Assembly (NCBI GenBank): GCA_043754515.1
Contig: JAYUUO010000270.1
Location: 1 to 24,087 of the forward strand
DNA length: 24,087 nt
From: Armatimonadota bacterium
GTDB lineage: Bacteria > Armatimonadota > Armatimonadia > Armatimonadales > Armatimonadaceae
Direction of reading: 5' to 3'
The number at the start of each line of letters is the position of its first letter. Position 1 is the first letter of the stretch. The notes beneath the pieces are model-generated. The model did no database searches. It was given only the letters and a program-made list of their open reading frames with translations, and was not told where the DNA came from. Both the position numbers and the translations under genes were made by a program. Of the stretch, positions 1 to 7,419 are shown piece by piece.

Positions 1-20
1 TCGGTATACCAATCAGGGAA

Positions 21-74
21 GGTCGTCCTGTGTAAAGGTAGAGTTTGGCGACTTCATTTTACATCAGGACGACC
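21..74. repeat. Long imperfect inverted repeat (hairpin)
   Basis: GGTCGTCCTG (21-30) pairs with CAGGACGACC (65-74); TGTAAA (31-36) pairs with TTTACA (58-63). Confidence 0.75.
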
Positions 75-103
75 GACCAACCTCAACTCAAGATTCGGGC
101 TAA

Positions 104-332
104 CTAAGGGTTGCTCTTGCGCCACTCGTCCCACAGTTTGCGAGGCTCTTTCGCGTAAACCTCCGTGAGGCCACAGTCGGCGCAGACCGTGGCACGCAGG
201 ACACTTGCCACCGAGGAAAGCCCGAGAAAGCCCTTACCCGCTCCGACGCTAGGTAAGCTCGGTCCAGTTATTTAGAGGCAGATCAGGCATCATGTGTTCC
301 GACCCGCACTTCGCGCACTTCGGTTGTTCCAT
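104..332 (-). pseudogene. Small zinc-ribbon protein (~75 aa) split by a frameshift near 250
   Basis: Manual translation: ATG at 332 gives MEQPKCAKCGSEHMMPDLPLNNWTELT* (stop 251-249); shifting 1 nt gives SVGAGKGFLGLSSVASVLRATVCADCGLTEVYAKEPRKLWDEWRKSNP* (stop 106-104). The two CxxC knuckles make one Zn ribbon. Confidence 0.7.
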
Positions 333-698
333 GAGCGTACTCTACCCGAACGCCTTCCCGCATGCCCCGCCGGTGTCGCGCCTGGAGCCGCGCCGCTCAC
401 CCCCAGCGATTCACCCACGCGAATCAGTCACCGCCGTCGCCGAACGTCGGCGGGTGGCGCGAATACCCCGAGTGGCACCGCGCCAAACGGTTCCGAAAAA
501 AATGTGAACTTATCATCCGACGCGCAGTTACATATGCCATACCGGTTGGTAACGGACGTAGCATCTATCGAGTGTTAGAAAGGAGCGTGCCAAACGCGGG
601 TACGGGTGCGACGCGAAACCTCACGTGCGTCACGATGCTATCGCCACGAGACCGAAATGGAATTGCGCTTTAACACTATCGCATAGGAGTATTGGAAA

Positions 699-1505
699 AT
701 GCAGAATTTATCCGTAGACCAGTACGATACAGTCTACAACTCGTTATCGTTTACCATCGCCGCCATGGGCGCGGCATTCGTTTTCTTCCTGATGGCACGT
801 GGCACGGTCGCCTACAAGTTCCAGAGGGTTACCGAAGTCGCCGCTTTAATCGTCGTCATCGCCTGTTATCACTACTCACGCATGTTCAGTAGCTGGACAG
901 CGGCGTATTCGCATGTCGCTGGGAGCGGCGTTTACACACAGACCGGCGAGCGTTTCAACGAGGCGTATCGCTACGCCGACTGGTTGCTCACCGTGCCGCT
1001 ACTGCTCGTGGAACTGATCGCTGTTCTCTATATCACCGGTAACAAGAAGGCGGCCCTGACCAGAAATCTGGTAATCGCTGCCGCGCTGATGATCGTACTG
1101 GGCTACCCCGGCGAGGTGTCGGATAACATCACGACCCGCCTGATCTGGGGCACGCTGAGCACGATCCCGTTCGTCTACATCCTGTTCGTGCTGTGGACCG
1201 AAGTGGGTGCCGCCATGGCAACGGAGAGCGAGGAAGTGAAGGGCTGGCTCTTCAGCATCCGCCTGCTACTGCTGGCGAGCTGGGGCGTGTACCCCATCGC
1301 GTACCTGTTGCCGCTCCTGCACCTGGACCCGGCGACCGCGCTCGTGGGCAAGCAGCTCGGCTACTCGATAGCCGACGTTATCGCGAAGCCGATCTACGGC
1401 TTGATGATCTACGCCATCGTGCGCATCAAGACGCAACGTGAGCAGGCGGAAGCACCAGACGGCGCGCTCGTCCCGCACGACCATACGCTCCCCCCGTCCC
1501 GGTAG
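699..1505 (+). CDS. Microbial rhodopsin, xanthorhodopsin/Gloeobacter rhodopsin-like outward proton pump (DTE motif)
   Basis: Seven hydrophobic helices; FNEAYRYADWLLTVPLLLVE (D94, T98, E105); YHY (H58); GYPGE; WGVYPIAY; ADVIAKP with Schiff-base K230; AGGAG RBS at 685-689. Confidence 0.97.
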   Translation: MQNLSVDQYDTVYNSLSFTIAAMGAAFVFFLMARGTVAYKFQRVTEVAALIVVIACYHYSRMFSSWTAAYSHVAGSGVYTQTGERFNEAYRYADWLLTVPLLLVELIAVLYITGNKKAALTRNLVIAAALMIVLGYPGEVSDNITTRLIWGTLSTIPFVYILFVLWTEVGAAMATESEEVKGWLFSIRLLLLASWGVYPIAYLLPLLHLDPATALVGKQLGYSIADVIAKPIYGLMIYAIVRIKTQREQAEAPDGALVPHDHTLPPSR

Positions 1506-1520
1506 AGCATCGCTCGTATG

Positions 1521-1557
1521 GCACCCCCGCCCCGATCTGGGACGGGGGTGTTTTTTT
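1521..1557 (+). terminator. Intrinsic terminator after the rhodopsin gene
   Basis: CACCCCCG...CGGGGGTG stem followed by T7. Confidence 0.85.
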
Positions 1558-1680
1558 GTTTGAATACCGTCGGGTATCACCGGCGGCTTAACCCCCTTAC
1601 GCGCCGCGCCCCGGTTTCGCGCCCCGATTTCAGCGTCGCTGGCACCCCGACGGCCCGGCCTCGTAGTAACAGACGCAGAC

Positions 1681-1735
1681 ATTATTAAATTAATTCAGGC
1701 ATCTCTTGACCAAAGATGAATGGCACAAGTACATT
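1681..1735 (+). promoter_or_regulatory. Sigma70-like promoter with AT-rich UP-like element
   Basis: ATTATTAAATTAATT (1681-1695), -35 TTGACC (1706-1711), 18-nt spacer, -10 TACATT (1730-1735); predicted start ~1742-1744. Confidence 0.55.
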
Positions 1736-1743
1736 ACACCTCT

Positions 1744-2054
1744 GTCAAAAGTCGGACGGGTGGCCGAGGTCGTGAATAGCCGCGATCAGGTTCAGGCGCG
1801 GGCCGAAGCATCCGCGCCGATCCCGCGCGGTGGCGGAGCCATTGGCGGCGGTACATTGGAGCGCGGGGCGGTTCATCTTCCGACGACAGGCGGCGTGGTC
1901 TGCCCATTGAGGTTCGCGGGTAACACCTCCGATGGGCTTGGGGAGGCGTGAAGGGTACGAAGTCGGGGACACCGGTGGCCCGTTTGAAGGCTTCAGTTTT
2001 AAGAGCGGCGTAGAAAATGAAGCCACTGCACCAAACGGGGCGAAAACTTTTGAC
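1744..2054 (+). ncRNA. Candidate structured ncRNA, ~310 nt, family unknown (MITE is the alternative)
   Basis: 5' GTCAAAAGT pairs with 3' ACTTTTGAC; at least 7 internal stems with many G-U pairs on the + strand; follows a promoter; no credible ORF. Confidence 0.55.
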
Positions 2055-2174
2055 CGAGGTACATTATTCCGACGGAACAAAATGGCCTGACCAAAAAGTC
2101 GGCGGCGAATGCCTTCCAGATCAGGTCGGTGTCGCAAACACGTTTCCCGAACCCCGCCCCCGCCCCGCTCGCAC

Positions 2175-2777
2175 CTAATCTTCCACCCGCCACTCCGGCA
2201 TCAGGTCGTGCGCGACGCCGAGGTTTTGCAGGACGCGCGCGACCACGGTGTCTACGAGATCCTCGACGGTTCGCGGCTTGTGGTAAAACGCGGGCGCGGC
2301 GGGCAGTATGGTCGCGCCCGCCTCGGCGAGTTGGGTCATATTACGCAAGTGGATCAGGTTGAACGGCGTTTCGCGCGCGACGAGGATCAGTTTGCGCCCT
2401 TCTTTGAGACAGACGTCGGCGGCGCGGGTGGTCAAGTCGTCGCTGACGCCGCTCGCGATGCGCCCTACCGTTCCCATTGAGCACGGTATGATCACCATCC
2501 CGGCGTGTCGGAACGAGCCGGACGCGGGGGGAGTGAAGAAGTCGCCGGGTCGGCAGAAGCGTATCCGTGGCGTATCGAACCCGGTCAGATCGCTCCCGAC
2601 GGGTGGCTCGCTCATACGGATGTCCATCTCGGTCAGGAGCACTGCGGCGGCGTTGCGCGACATCGTGACGTAAATCTCGTCGTAATGCTTCACCGCCTGT
2701 TGTAGGAAGCGCACCGCGTAAATCGCGCCGCTGGCACCGCCCAGTGCCACCACCAGCCGCCCGCCGCCGTCCGTCAC
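2175..2777 (-). CDS. ubiX: Flavin prenyltransferase UbiX
   Basis: LVVALGGASGAIYA, PASGSF, IPCSMGT, RAADVCLKEGRKLILVARETP, PAFYHKP. Confidence 0.95.
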   Translation of the reverse strand: MTDGGGRLVVALGGASGAIYAVRFLQQAVKHYDEIYVTMSRNAAAVLLTEMDIRMSEPPVGSDLTGFDTPRIRFCRPGDFFTPPASGSFRHAGMVIIPCSMGTVGRIASGVSDDLTTRAADVCLKEGRKLILVARETPFNLIHLRNMTQLAEAGATILPAAPAFYHKPRTVEDLVDTVVARVLQNLGVAHDLMPEWRVED

Positions 2778-3358
2778 GCCCGCGACCCCTCGCGAGCCGC
2801 GAGCGCGGCGTCCAGCACGAGGGACGCGGGCGGGAACAGGAGTGTCCGCGCCTCGGCTATGGGCACGACGCGCCGCCCGATCACGCCGTTCGGTGCCGGG
2901 TCAATACACGCCTCGTCGGAGAGCGACGCGACCTCGGCCACGACCCAAAGCAGGTAGGAGGGGTGGACGCGGTGGATGCGGCCCGGAACGCGGTTTAGAA
3001 ACTCAATGCGCGTCGCCGCAACCGGGCGCGAGCCGGGCAGAAGCACGGCGCGCGCCTCCTCCCAGACCTCGCGCTTCAGAGCGGCGTCCGGGGTCTCGAC
3101 GCCCTCCAATCGCCCCCCGGGGAACGTGAACGAACCGTCCTTGTTTTGGACGAGGAGCAATTGATCGTCGCCAGTGCCGGTATGCACGAAGCCGACGGCG
3201 TGGATGGAGCGCACCCGTTCCGGCGATTCGACCAGCGACGGCAGGCCCGTAATCAGACGCACCCGTTGCGCCTCGCCCCAGGTGGTCTCGCAAACGTGCC
3301 AGGCACCGGCGGGGAGTCCGGTACCGCGCCGCTCCCGTTCTCGCCGCAGTGTCGCCAT
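2774..3358 (-). CDS. Nudix hydrolase
   Basis: Nudix box FPGGRLEGVETPDAALKREVWEEA; stop overlaps the ubiX start by 4 nt. Confidence 0.9.
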   Translation of the reverse strand: MATLRRERERRGTGLPAGAWHVCETTWGEAQRVRLITGLPSLVESPERVRSIHAVGFVHTGTGDDQLLLVQNKDGSFTFPGGRLEGVETPDAALKREVWEEARAVLLPGSRPVAATRIEFLNRVPGRIHRVHPSYLLWVVAEVASLSDEACIDPAPNGVIGRRVVPIAEARTLLFPPASLVLDAALAAREGSRA

Positions 3359-3535
3359 ATGCCGTTATTCTATCGCGGAACGGCACGATTAACGAAGGGG
3401 TGCCACCTGGGTAACGACGCGAGCCGCATTCCGTCCGGTATACGGTAACATGGTTGCGTCCCCTAACCGGGGGACGCTCCCGCCGGAGTATTCCCGCCGC
3501 CGGACGACCGCGAGACAGAACGACCGCGAGATAAA

Positions 3536-5293
3536 ATGACGCCAGCGAAACACACCCTGCTTGCCCTGACCCTTTCCCTGATAATGACCATCCCCATCCA
3601 AGCCGCGAATGCGGCCCCGCCCCGTGACCGAGGCGTCCTCGACGTGCAAAACCGGCGCGTCGTCATCGGCGACCGCTTCCCCACCGACACCGAGCCGACC
3701 TGCGACGTGCTGATACTGGGCGGGGGTACCGGCGGGGTCGCCGCCGCCGAAGCGGTGGCGCGGCGCGGGCTGTCCGTAATCATCGTCGAGCCGACCGCGA
3801 GCTTGGGCGGGCAGTTTACCGCGCAACTCGTCCCCGCCCCCGACGAAAACTCCTATATAGAGCGCGAAAACGGCCCCTCGACCGCCGCGTACCGGCAGCT
3901 ACGGAGCCGCGTGCGTGAGTTGGCCGCGACCTTGCCCAACGCGAAGCCGACTGCGGCGGCTAACATCGGGCAGGGGTGGGTGTCCCGCGTCTGCGCCCCG
4001 CCCGAACTCTGGGCACAGGCGATCAACGAGCGGATCGCCGCCCGGAGCGGTAACCGGGGAATTAAGCGGGTCTACATTCGTCATCAGGTACGCGCCATCG
4101 AGACGCTGGCGAATGGTCTGGTCAACTACGCGGACGTGGTAGACCTGGACACGGGGCGGGTGACCCGAATCGGTGCCCGCTACATGATTGACGCCACCGA
4201 GGACGGCGCGGCACTCGCGCTCGCGGGCTGTCCGACCAGCATCGGGCAGGAGGCCCGGGCCGAGTACAACGAGCCGCACGCGCCCGACGGGGCGCGCCCC
4301 GAATGGGTGCAGTCGTTCACCTACTGCTTCCTGACGCGCTGGCAGAACGAGCCGGAGGGACGCGTAATGGTGGCGCGCCCCGACGAGTACGATTACTTCA
4401 AGTCTGTCGGAGAGTACACGCTCGACTACGTCTACTCCGAACGCGGCACCGTGACTTACCGGATGCTGACGAAGGCGGCGGGCGCGGGCGGGCCGTTCTG
4501 GACATACCGGCGGCTACTGGCGGCGGGCAGTTTCACCGGCGGGGCATCGCCCGAAGGAGATGTAGCACTGATGAACTGGCGCGGGAACGATTTCCACGAG
4601 GAGTCGTATCTCGGCAAGCCGCTCGCGGAGCAGGCGCGGATACTGGAGCGCGGCAAGCAGTTCGCGCAGGGGTTTTGCTGGTGGCTCCAGAACGAGTGCC
4701 CTCGGGACGACGGCTCGGGGGTCGGCTACCCGGAAATCCAGCTCGTGATCGGGGGCGCGGAGAGCACCGGGGCGGGCATCGGCGGCGACGGCTTCGGGGT
4801 CGCGCCGTACGTCCGCGAATCGCGCCGCCTCCGCGCCGTGACGACGCTGACCGAGAACGATATGGTCGCTCCGCCGGGCAACCCAGCCGCGAAATGGGGC
4901 ACCGAGTTTGCCGATTCGGTCGGTTGCGCCCTGTACGCGGTGGACGTGCATCCGGCGAAAGGCGAGCCGCACCTGCTACTGCCCGCCGTGCCGTACCACC
5001 TGCCGCTCGGCGCGTTTCTCACGACGTCCGGCCCCGCGAACATCCTGCCCGGCGCGAAGAACTTCGGCGCGTCGCGCCTCGCCCTCGCGTCGGCACGGAT
5101 GCACCCGACCGAGTGGATGGCGGGGGAGATAGCGGGGATGCTGGCCGCGTTCTGCATCCGGCGCGACCTAGACGTGCCGAACGCCGCGCGCGATTCGCCC
5201 GATCTATTCGCCGCGTTCCGTGCCGAACTTCGGCAGGAGGGCATTACATTCTCGTGGCGGGATATTATCGGCGACACGCCCCTAAATAAATAG
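3536..5293 (+). CDS. FAD-dependent oxidoreductase (PF12831-like) with signal peptide
   Basis: DVLILGGGTGGVAAA Rossmann motif, IDATEDG, PYVRESRRL, SARMHPTEW; hydrophobic N-terminus ending AANA. Confidence 0.88.
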   Translation: MTPAKHTLLALTLSLIMTIPIQAANAAPPRDRGVLDVQNRRVVIGDRFPTDTEPTCDVLILGGGTGGVAAAEAVARRGLSVIIVEPTASLGGQFTAQLVPAPDENSYIERENGPSTAAYRQLRSRVRELAATLPNAKPTAAANIGQGWVSRVCAPPELWAQAINERIAARSGNRGIKRVYIRHQVRAIETLANGLVNYADVVDLDTGRVTRIGARYMIDATEDGAALALAGCPTSIGQEARAEYNEPHAPDGARPEWVQSFTYCFLTRWQNEPEGRVMVARPDEYDYFKSVGEYTLDYVYSERGTVTYRMLTKAAGAGGPFWTYRRLLAAGSFTGGASPEGDVALMNWRGNDFHEESYLGKPLAEQARILERGKQFAQGFCWWLQNECPRDDGSGVGYPEIQLVIGGAESTGAGIGGDGFGVAPYVRESRRLRAVTTLTENDMVAPPGNPAAKWGTEFADSVGCALYAVDVHPAKGEPHLLLPAVPYHLPLGAFLTTSGPANILPGAKNFGASRLALASARMHPTEWMAGEIAGMLAAFCIRRDLDVPNAARDSPDLFAAFRAELRQEGITFSWRDIIGDTPLNK

Positions 5294-5427
5294 CAAAAAA
5301 ATCGCGGGAACCCTATAGACGAGTAGCCTACCCGCCATAATCTGGCTGTCCCCCGCGACGGTGTGGCTCTCCACTGATGCAGACAGGTACAAAATTGATA
5401 AGCGGCGGGGCGGAAAAAGGAACGGTC

Positions 5428-5706
5428 ATGGTTTCATCATTGATAGCGGATCTTCTGGAGGATACCGACGCCCGGTCGCGCACGCGCCCGGCTTCGGACG
5501 ACTGGGCGGTAGACTGCCGCACCGTCGGCGAGGAAAACAACCCGCATTTCCTGCTCTGCGTGCGACACCGGCGCGAGACGCGCCGCGCCCGCGTCCTATT
5601 GACTACGATTGATTGGCAACGGGCGTCGAAGGTGGACGCGGCAACCCGCCGACTTTTGTGCGACATGGACAGCGACGCGTTCGGCGCGATGTTGCAACTC
5701 GCCTGA
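5428..5706 (+). CDS. Hypothetical protein (~92 aa)
   Basis: AAAGGA RBS before ATG 5428 (the ORF track starts at 5377); host-like GC-rich codon usage; no recognised motif. Confidence 0.55.
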   Translation: MVSSLIADLLEDTDARSRTRPASDDWAVDCRTVGEENNPHFLLCVRHRRETRRARVLLTTIDWQRASKVDAATRRLLCDMDSDAFGAMLQLA

Positions 5707-5818
5707 ACAGGGCGTGTGTCGGTACTTCAGTGGACAGGTAGATCATTCGGGCGGTAGCCCGACCAGGCGACTACTTCTTTTATTTTTCGGGGCGGTGTAC
5801 AAACGGGACAATCCCGCG

Positions 5819-5847
5819 TTGACACCGCCTTTCGTTCGTGGTATCCT
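5819..5847 (+). promoter_or_regulatory. Sigma70 promoter of tetR
   Basis: TTGACA (5819-5824), 17-nt spacer, TGg-TATCCT extended -10 (5842-5847). Confidence 0.8.
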
Positions 5848-5848
5848 A

Positions 5849-5871
5849 TGACTGGAAAACTGATCCGGTCA
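5849..5871. promoter_or_regulatory. Putative TetR operator 1 (TGAC-N15-GTCA)
   Basis: TGACTGGA-N7-TCCGGTCA palindrome (7/8 match) over the predicted transcription start. Confidence 0.7.
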
Positions 5872-5887
5872 CTAGAAAGCAAAGCGA

Positions 5888-6523
5888 ATGGCGGAAGTCA
5901 CACCAACGAACACCGAGCGGTCCGATTGCGAGGCGAGGCGGGCTATATTACAAGCGGCCCGAGACCGCTTCCTCCATTACGGCTACAAGAAAACCACTAT
6001 TGAGGAGATCGCCTCCGATGCGTCGGTCGGGAAGGGAACTGTTTACCTGCACTTCGCCAGCAAAGAGGAGATATTGCTGACTATCGCCCGCGACGTGAAG
6101 CGTTCCGTCACGGAGCAGATGCGTGCCATCGCCGCGTCGCTCGCGAAGCCGGAGGAGAAACTGCGCCGCATGGTTCTCGCCAAGATCATCTCGGTACACG
6201 ACGCGGCATTCTCGACCACGCACGGCATTGACATCGTGGATGACATGCTCCGCCCGAAGGTTATGCAGTGTGGTCGCGCTGAGCAAGAGGCACAGACCGA
6301 AATACTTGCGAGCATCCTCGCCGAGGGCGAGCGGGTCGGCGACTTTTCGCTGAACGGCCGGGACGTGCGCGAGGCGGCGGAACTTTTCGCGATGGCTTAT
6401 ATGTCCTTTTTTCCGCCGTACTTAACGGGCTGTTATCAGGATCAGGCGCATTGTCAGAAGCGGTTGGAAGAAAAGGTGACCCGCATGACCGAGTTTCTGC
6501 TGAACGGGTTGCGCCGCCGATAA
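5888..6523 (+). CDS. TetR/AcrR family transcriptional regulator
   Basis: HTH ILQAARDRFLHYGYKKTTIEEIASDASVGKGTVYLHFASKEEIL. Confidence 0.96.
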   Translation: MAEVTPTNTERSDCEARRAILQAARDRFLHYGYKKTTIEEIASDASVGKGTVYLHFASKEEILLTIARDVKRSVTEQMRAIAASLAKPEEKLRRMVLAKIISVHDAAFSTTHGIDIVDDMLRPKVMQCGRAEQEAQTEILASILAEGERVGDFSLNGRDVREAAELFAMAYMSFFPPYLTGCYQDQAHCQKRLEEKVTRMTEFLLNGLRRR

Positions 6524-6553
6524 GCGACGCCGCGCCGGGGATAGACATTTCAC

Positions 6554-6579
6554 GCACCGTTTCGGACCGGTGTTTTTTT
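6554..6579 (+). terminator. Intrinsic terminator after tetR
   Basis: GCACCG...CGGTGT stem followed by a T-run. Confidence 0.7.
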
Positions 6580-6589
6580 GGGAACATAA

Positions 6590-6617
6590 TTGACTACAAT
6601 ACGGTTTCAGTCATTAT
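6590..6617 (+). promoter_or_regulatory. Putative TetR operator 2 (TGAC-N15-GTCA) overlapping the ECF gene promoter
   Basis: TGACT-N13-AGTCA (6591-6613); TTGACT -35 (6590-6595) with a CATTAT -10-like hexamer 16 nt later. Confidence 0.65.
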
Positions 6618-6656
6618 ACAGTTCGAGCCGTTGTTAGGACGGCATTTTAATACACT

Positions 6657-7355
6657 ATGAATACGCACACCCATACGACCGCAGGAAACGTTTCACCCGC
6701 CACCGACCGTGACCGCGCCCGGGTTTTCGAGCGCGTTATTCTGCCGCATGAGCAGAGTCTGCACGGGCCTGCCATGGCACTCACCCACTCCACGTCCGAC
6801 GCCGAAGATTTAGTCCAGGAAACGTTGCTACGCGCCTTCGACCGGTTCGAGACGTTCCGGCAGGACGGCTCGCCCCGCGCATGGCTACACACCATAATGC
6901 GCAACCTGTTCTTTAACATGTACCGCAAGAAGAGCCGCGAGCCGAAGCAGGTGTCGCTCGACGTTTTCGAGCCGACCACGACCGGCGGGAACGGCGGCAT
7001 CGCGATCGAGGCCGACTCCGCCGAGCAGGCCGGGCAAACGGTCACCTCGCCGGAGCGCATCGTGCTCGGGCAGATGGAGTCGCAGGCGTTGCTCGCCGCC
7101 GTGAAGGCACTACCCGACGAGTACCGACAGGTGGTGACGATGGCCGACATCCAGAGTCTGCCCTATCAAGACATCGCCGACACCCTGCGCATCCCCATCG
7201 GCACCGTCCGCTCGCGCCTGTCGCGGGGGCGGGAGCGGGTACGCCGCGCCATCTTCGCGTGGCGGCCGACTCCGAACATGGCCAAGATCGAGCGGTACCC
7301 CGACGCGAAGGCGGGGGTGACACATGCCGCGCACCGCGGCCCGATCGCGGCGTAA
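6657..7355 (+). CDS. ECF sigma-70 factor (SigH/SigR-like)
   Basis: DAEDLVQETLLRAF, AWLHTIMRNLFFN (region 2); LPDEYR...YQDIADTLRIPIGTVRSRLSRGR (region 4). Confidence 0.95.
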   Translation: MNTHTHTTAGNVSPATDRDRARVFERVILPHEQSLHGPAMALTHSTSDAEDLVQETLLRAFDRFETFRQDGSPRAWLHTIMRNLFFNMYRKKSREPKQVSLDVFEPTTTGGNGGIAIEADSAEQAGQTVTSPERIVLGQMESQALLAAVKALPDEYRQVVTMADIQSLPYQDIADTLRIPIGTVRSRLSRGRERVRRAIFAWRPTPNMAKIERYPDAKAGVTHAAHRGPIAA

Positions 7356-7374
7356 CTGCCGCCGCTCGAACAGG

Positions 7375-7412
7375 GAAGCCTCCGCGTCTGTGCACGGAGG
7401 CTTCTTTCTTCT
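7375..7412. terminator. Terminator between convergent genes
   Basis: GAAGCCTCCG/CGGAGGCTTC perfect 10-bp stem followed by TTTCTTCT. Confidence 0.75.
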
Positions 7413-7419
7413 CGCCCGG

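Noticed and set aside
213..222. GAGGAAAG resembling the RNase P RNA 5' motif
   Set aside because: Not followed by UCC, no 3' partner motif, and it lies antisense to the Zn-ribbon gene.
292..673. Short + strand ORFs upstream of the rhodopsin
   Set aside because: No motifs and low-complexity translations; the region is better explained as a divergent promoter region.
1744..2054. Identification as raiA motif RNA, cobalamin riboswitch or SRP RNA
   Set aside because: Only short look-alikes (CGAUCC, GAGCCAU, GCCACUG, UCAGG..GAAGCA). The cores (UUAGAAGUAAG; GGGAA plus B12 box; CCGGAAGG) are missing, and there is no downstream gene for a riboswitch.
1738..2060. Retron msr-msd (terminal inverted repeats plus a long 3' hairpin)
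   Set aside because: The shape is suggestive, but no reverse transcriptase is encoded in the window; action in trans cannot be excluded.
1706..2137. ORFs 1706-1951 (+) and 1745-2137 (-)
   Set aside because: No RBS or protein motifs; the 1706 TTG is the -35 box, and dense base-pairing explains the sequence better.
4303..5289. 328-aa alternative-frame ORF and similar shadow ORFs across the window
   Set aside because: Arg/Gly-rich products of GC-rich off-frames overlapping well-supported genes.
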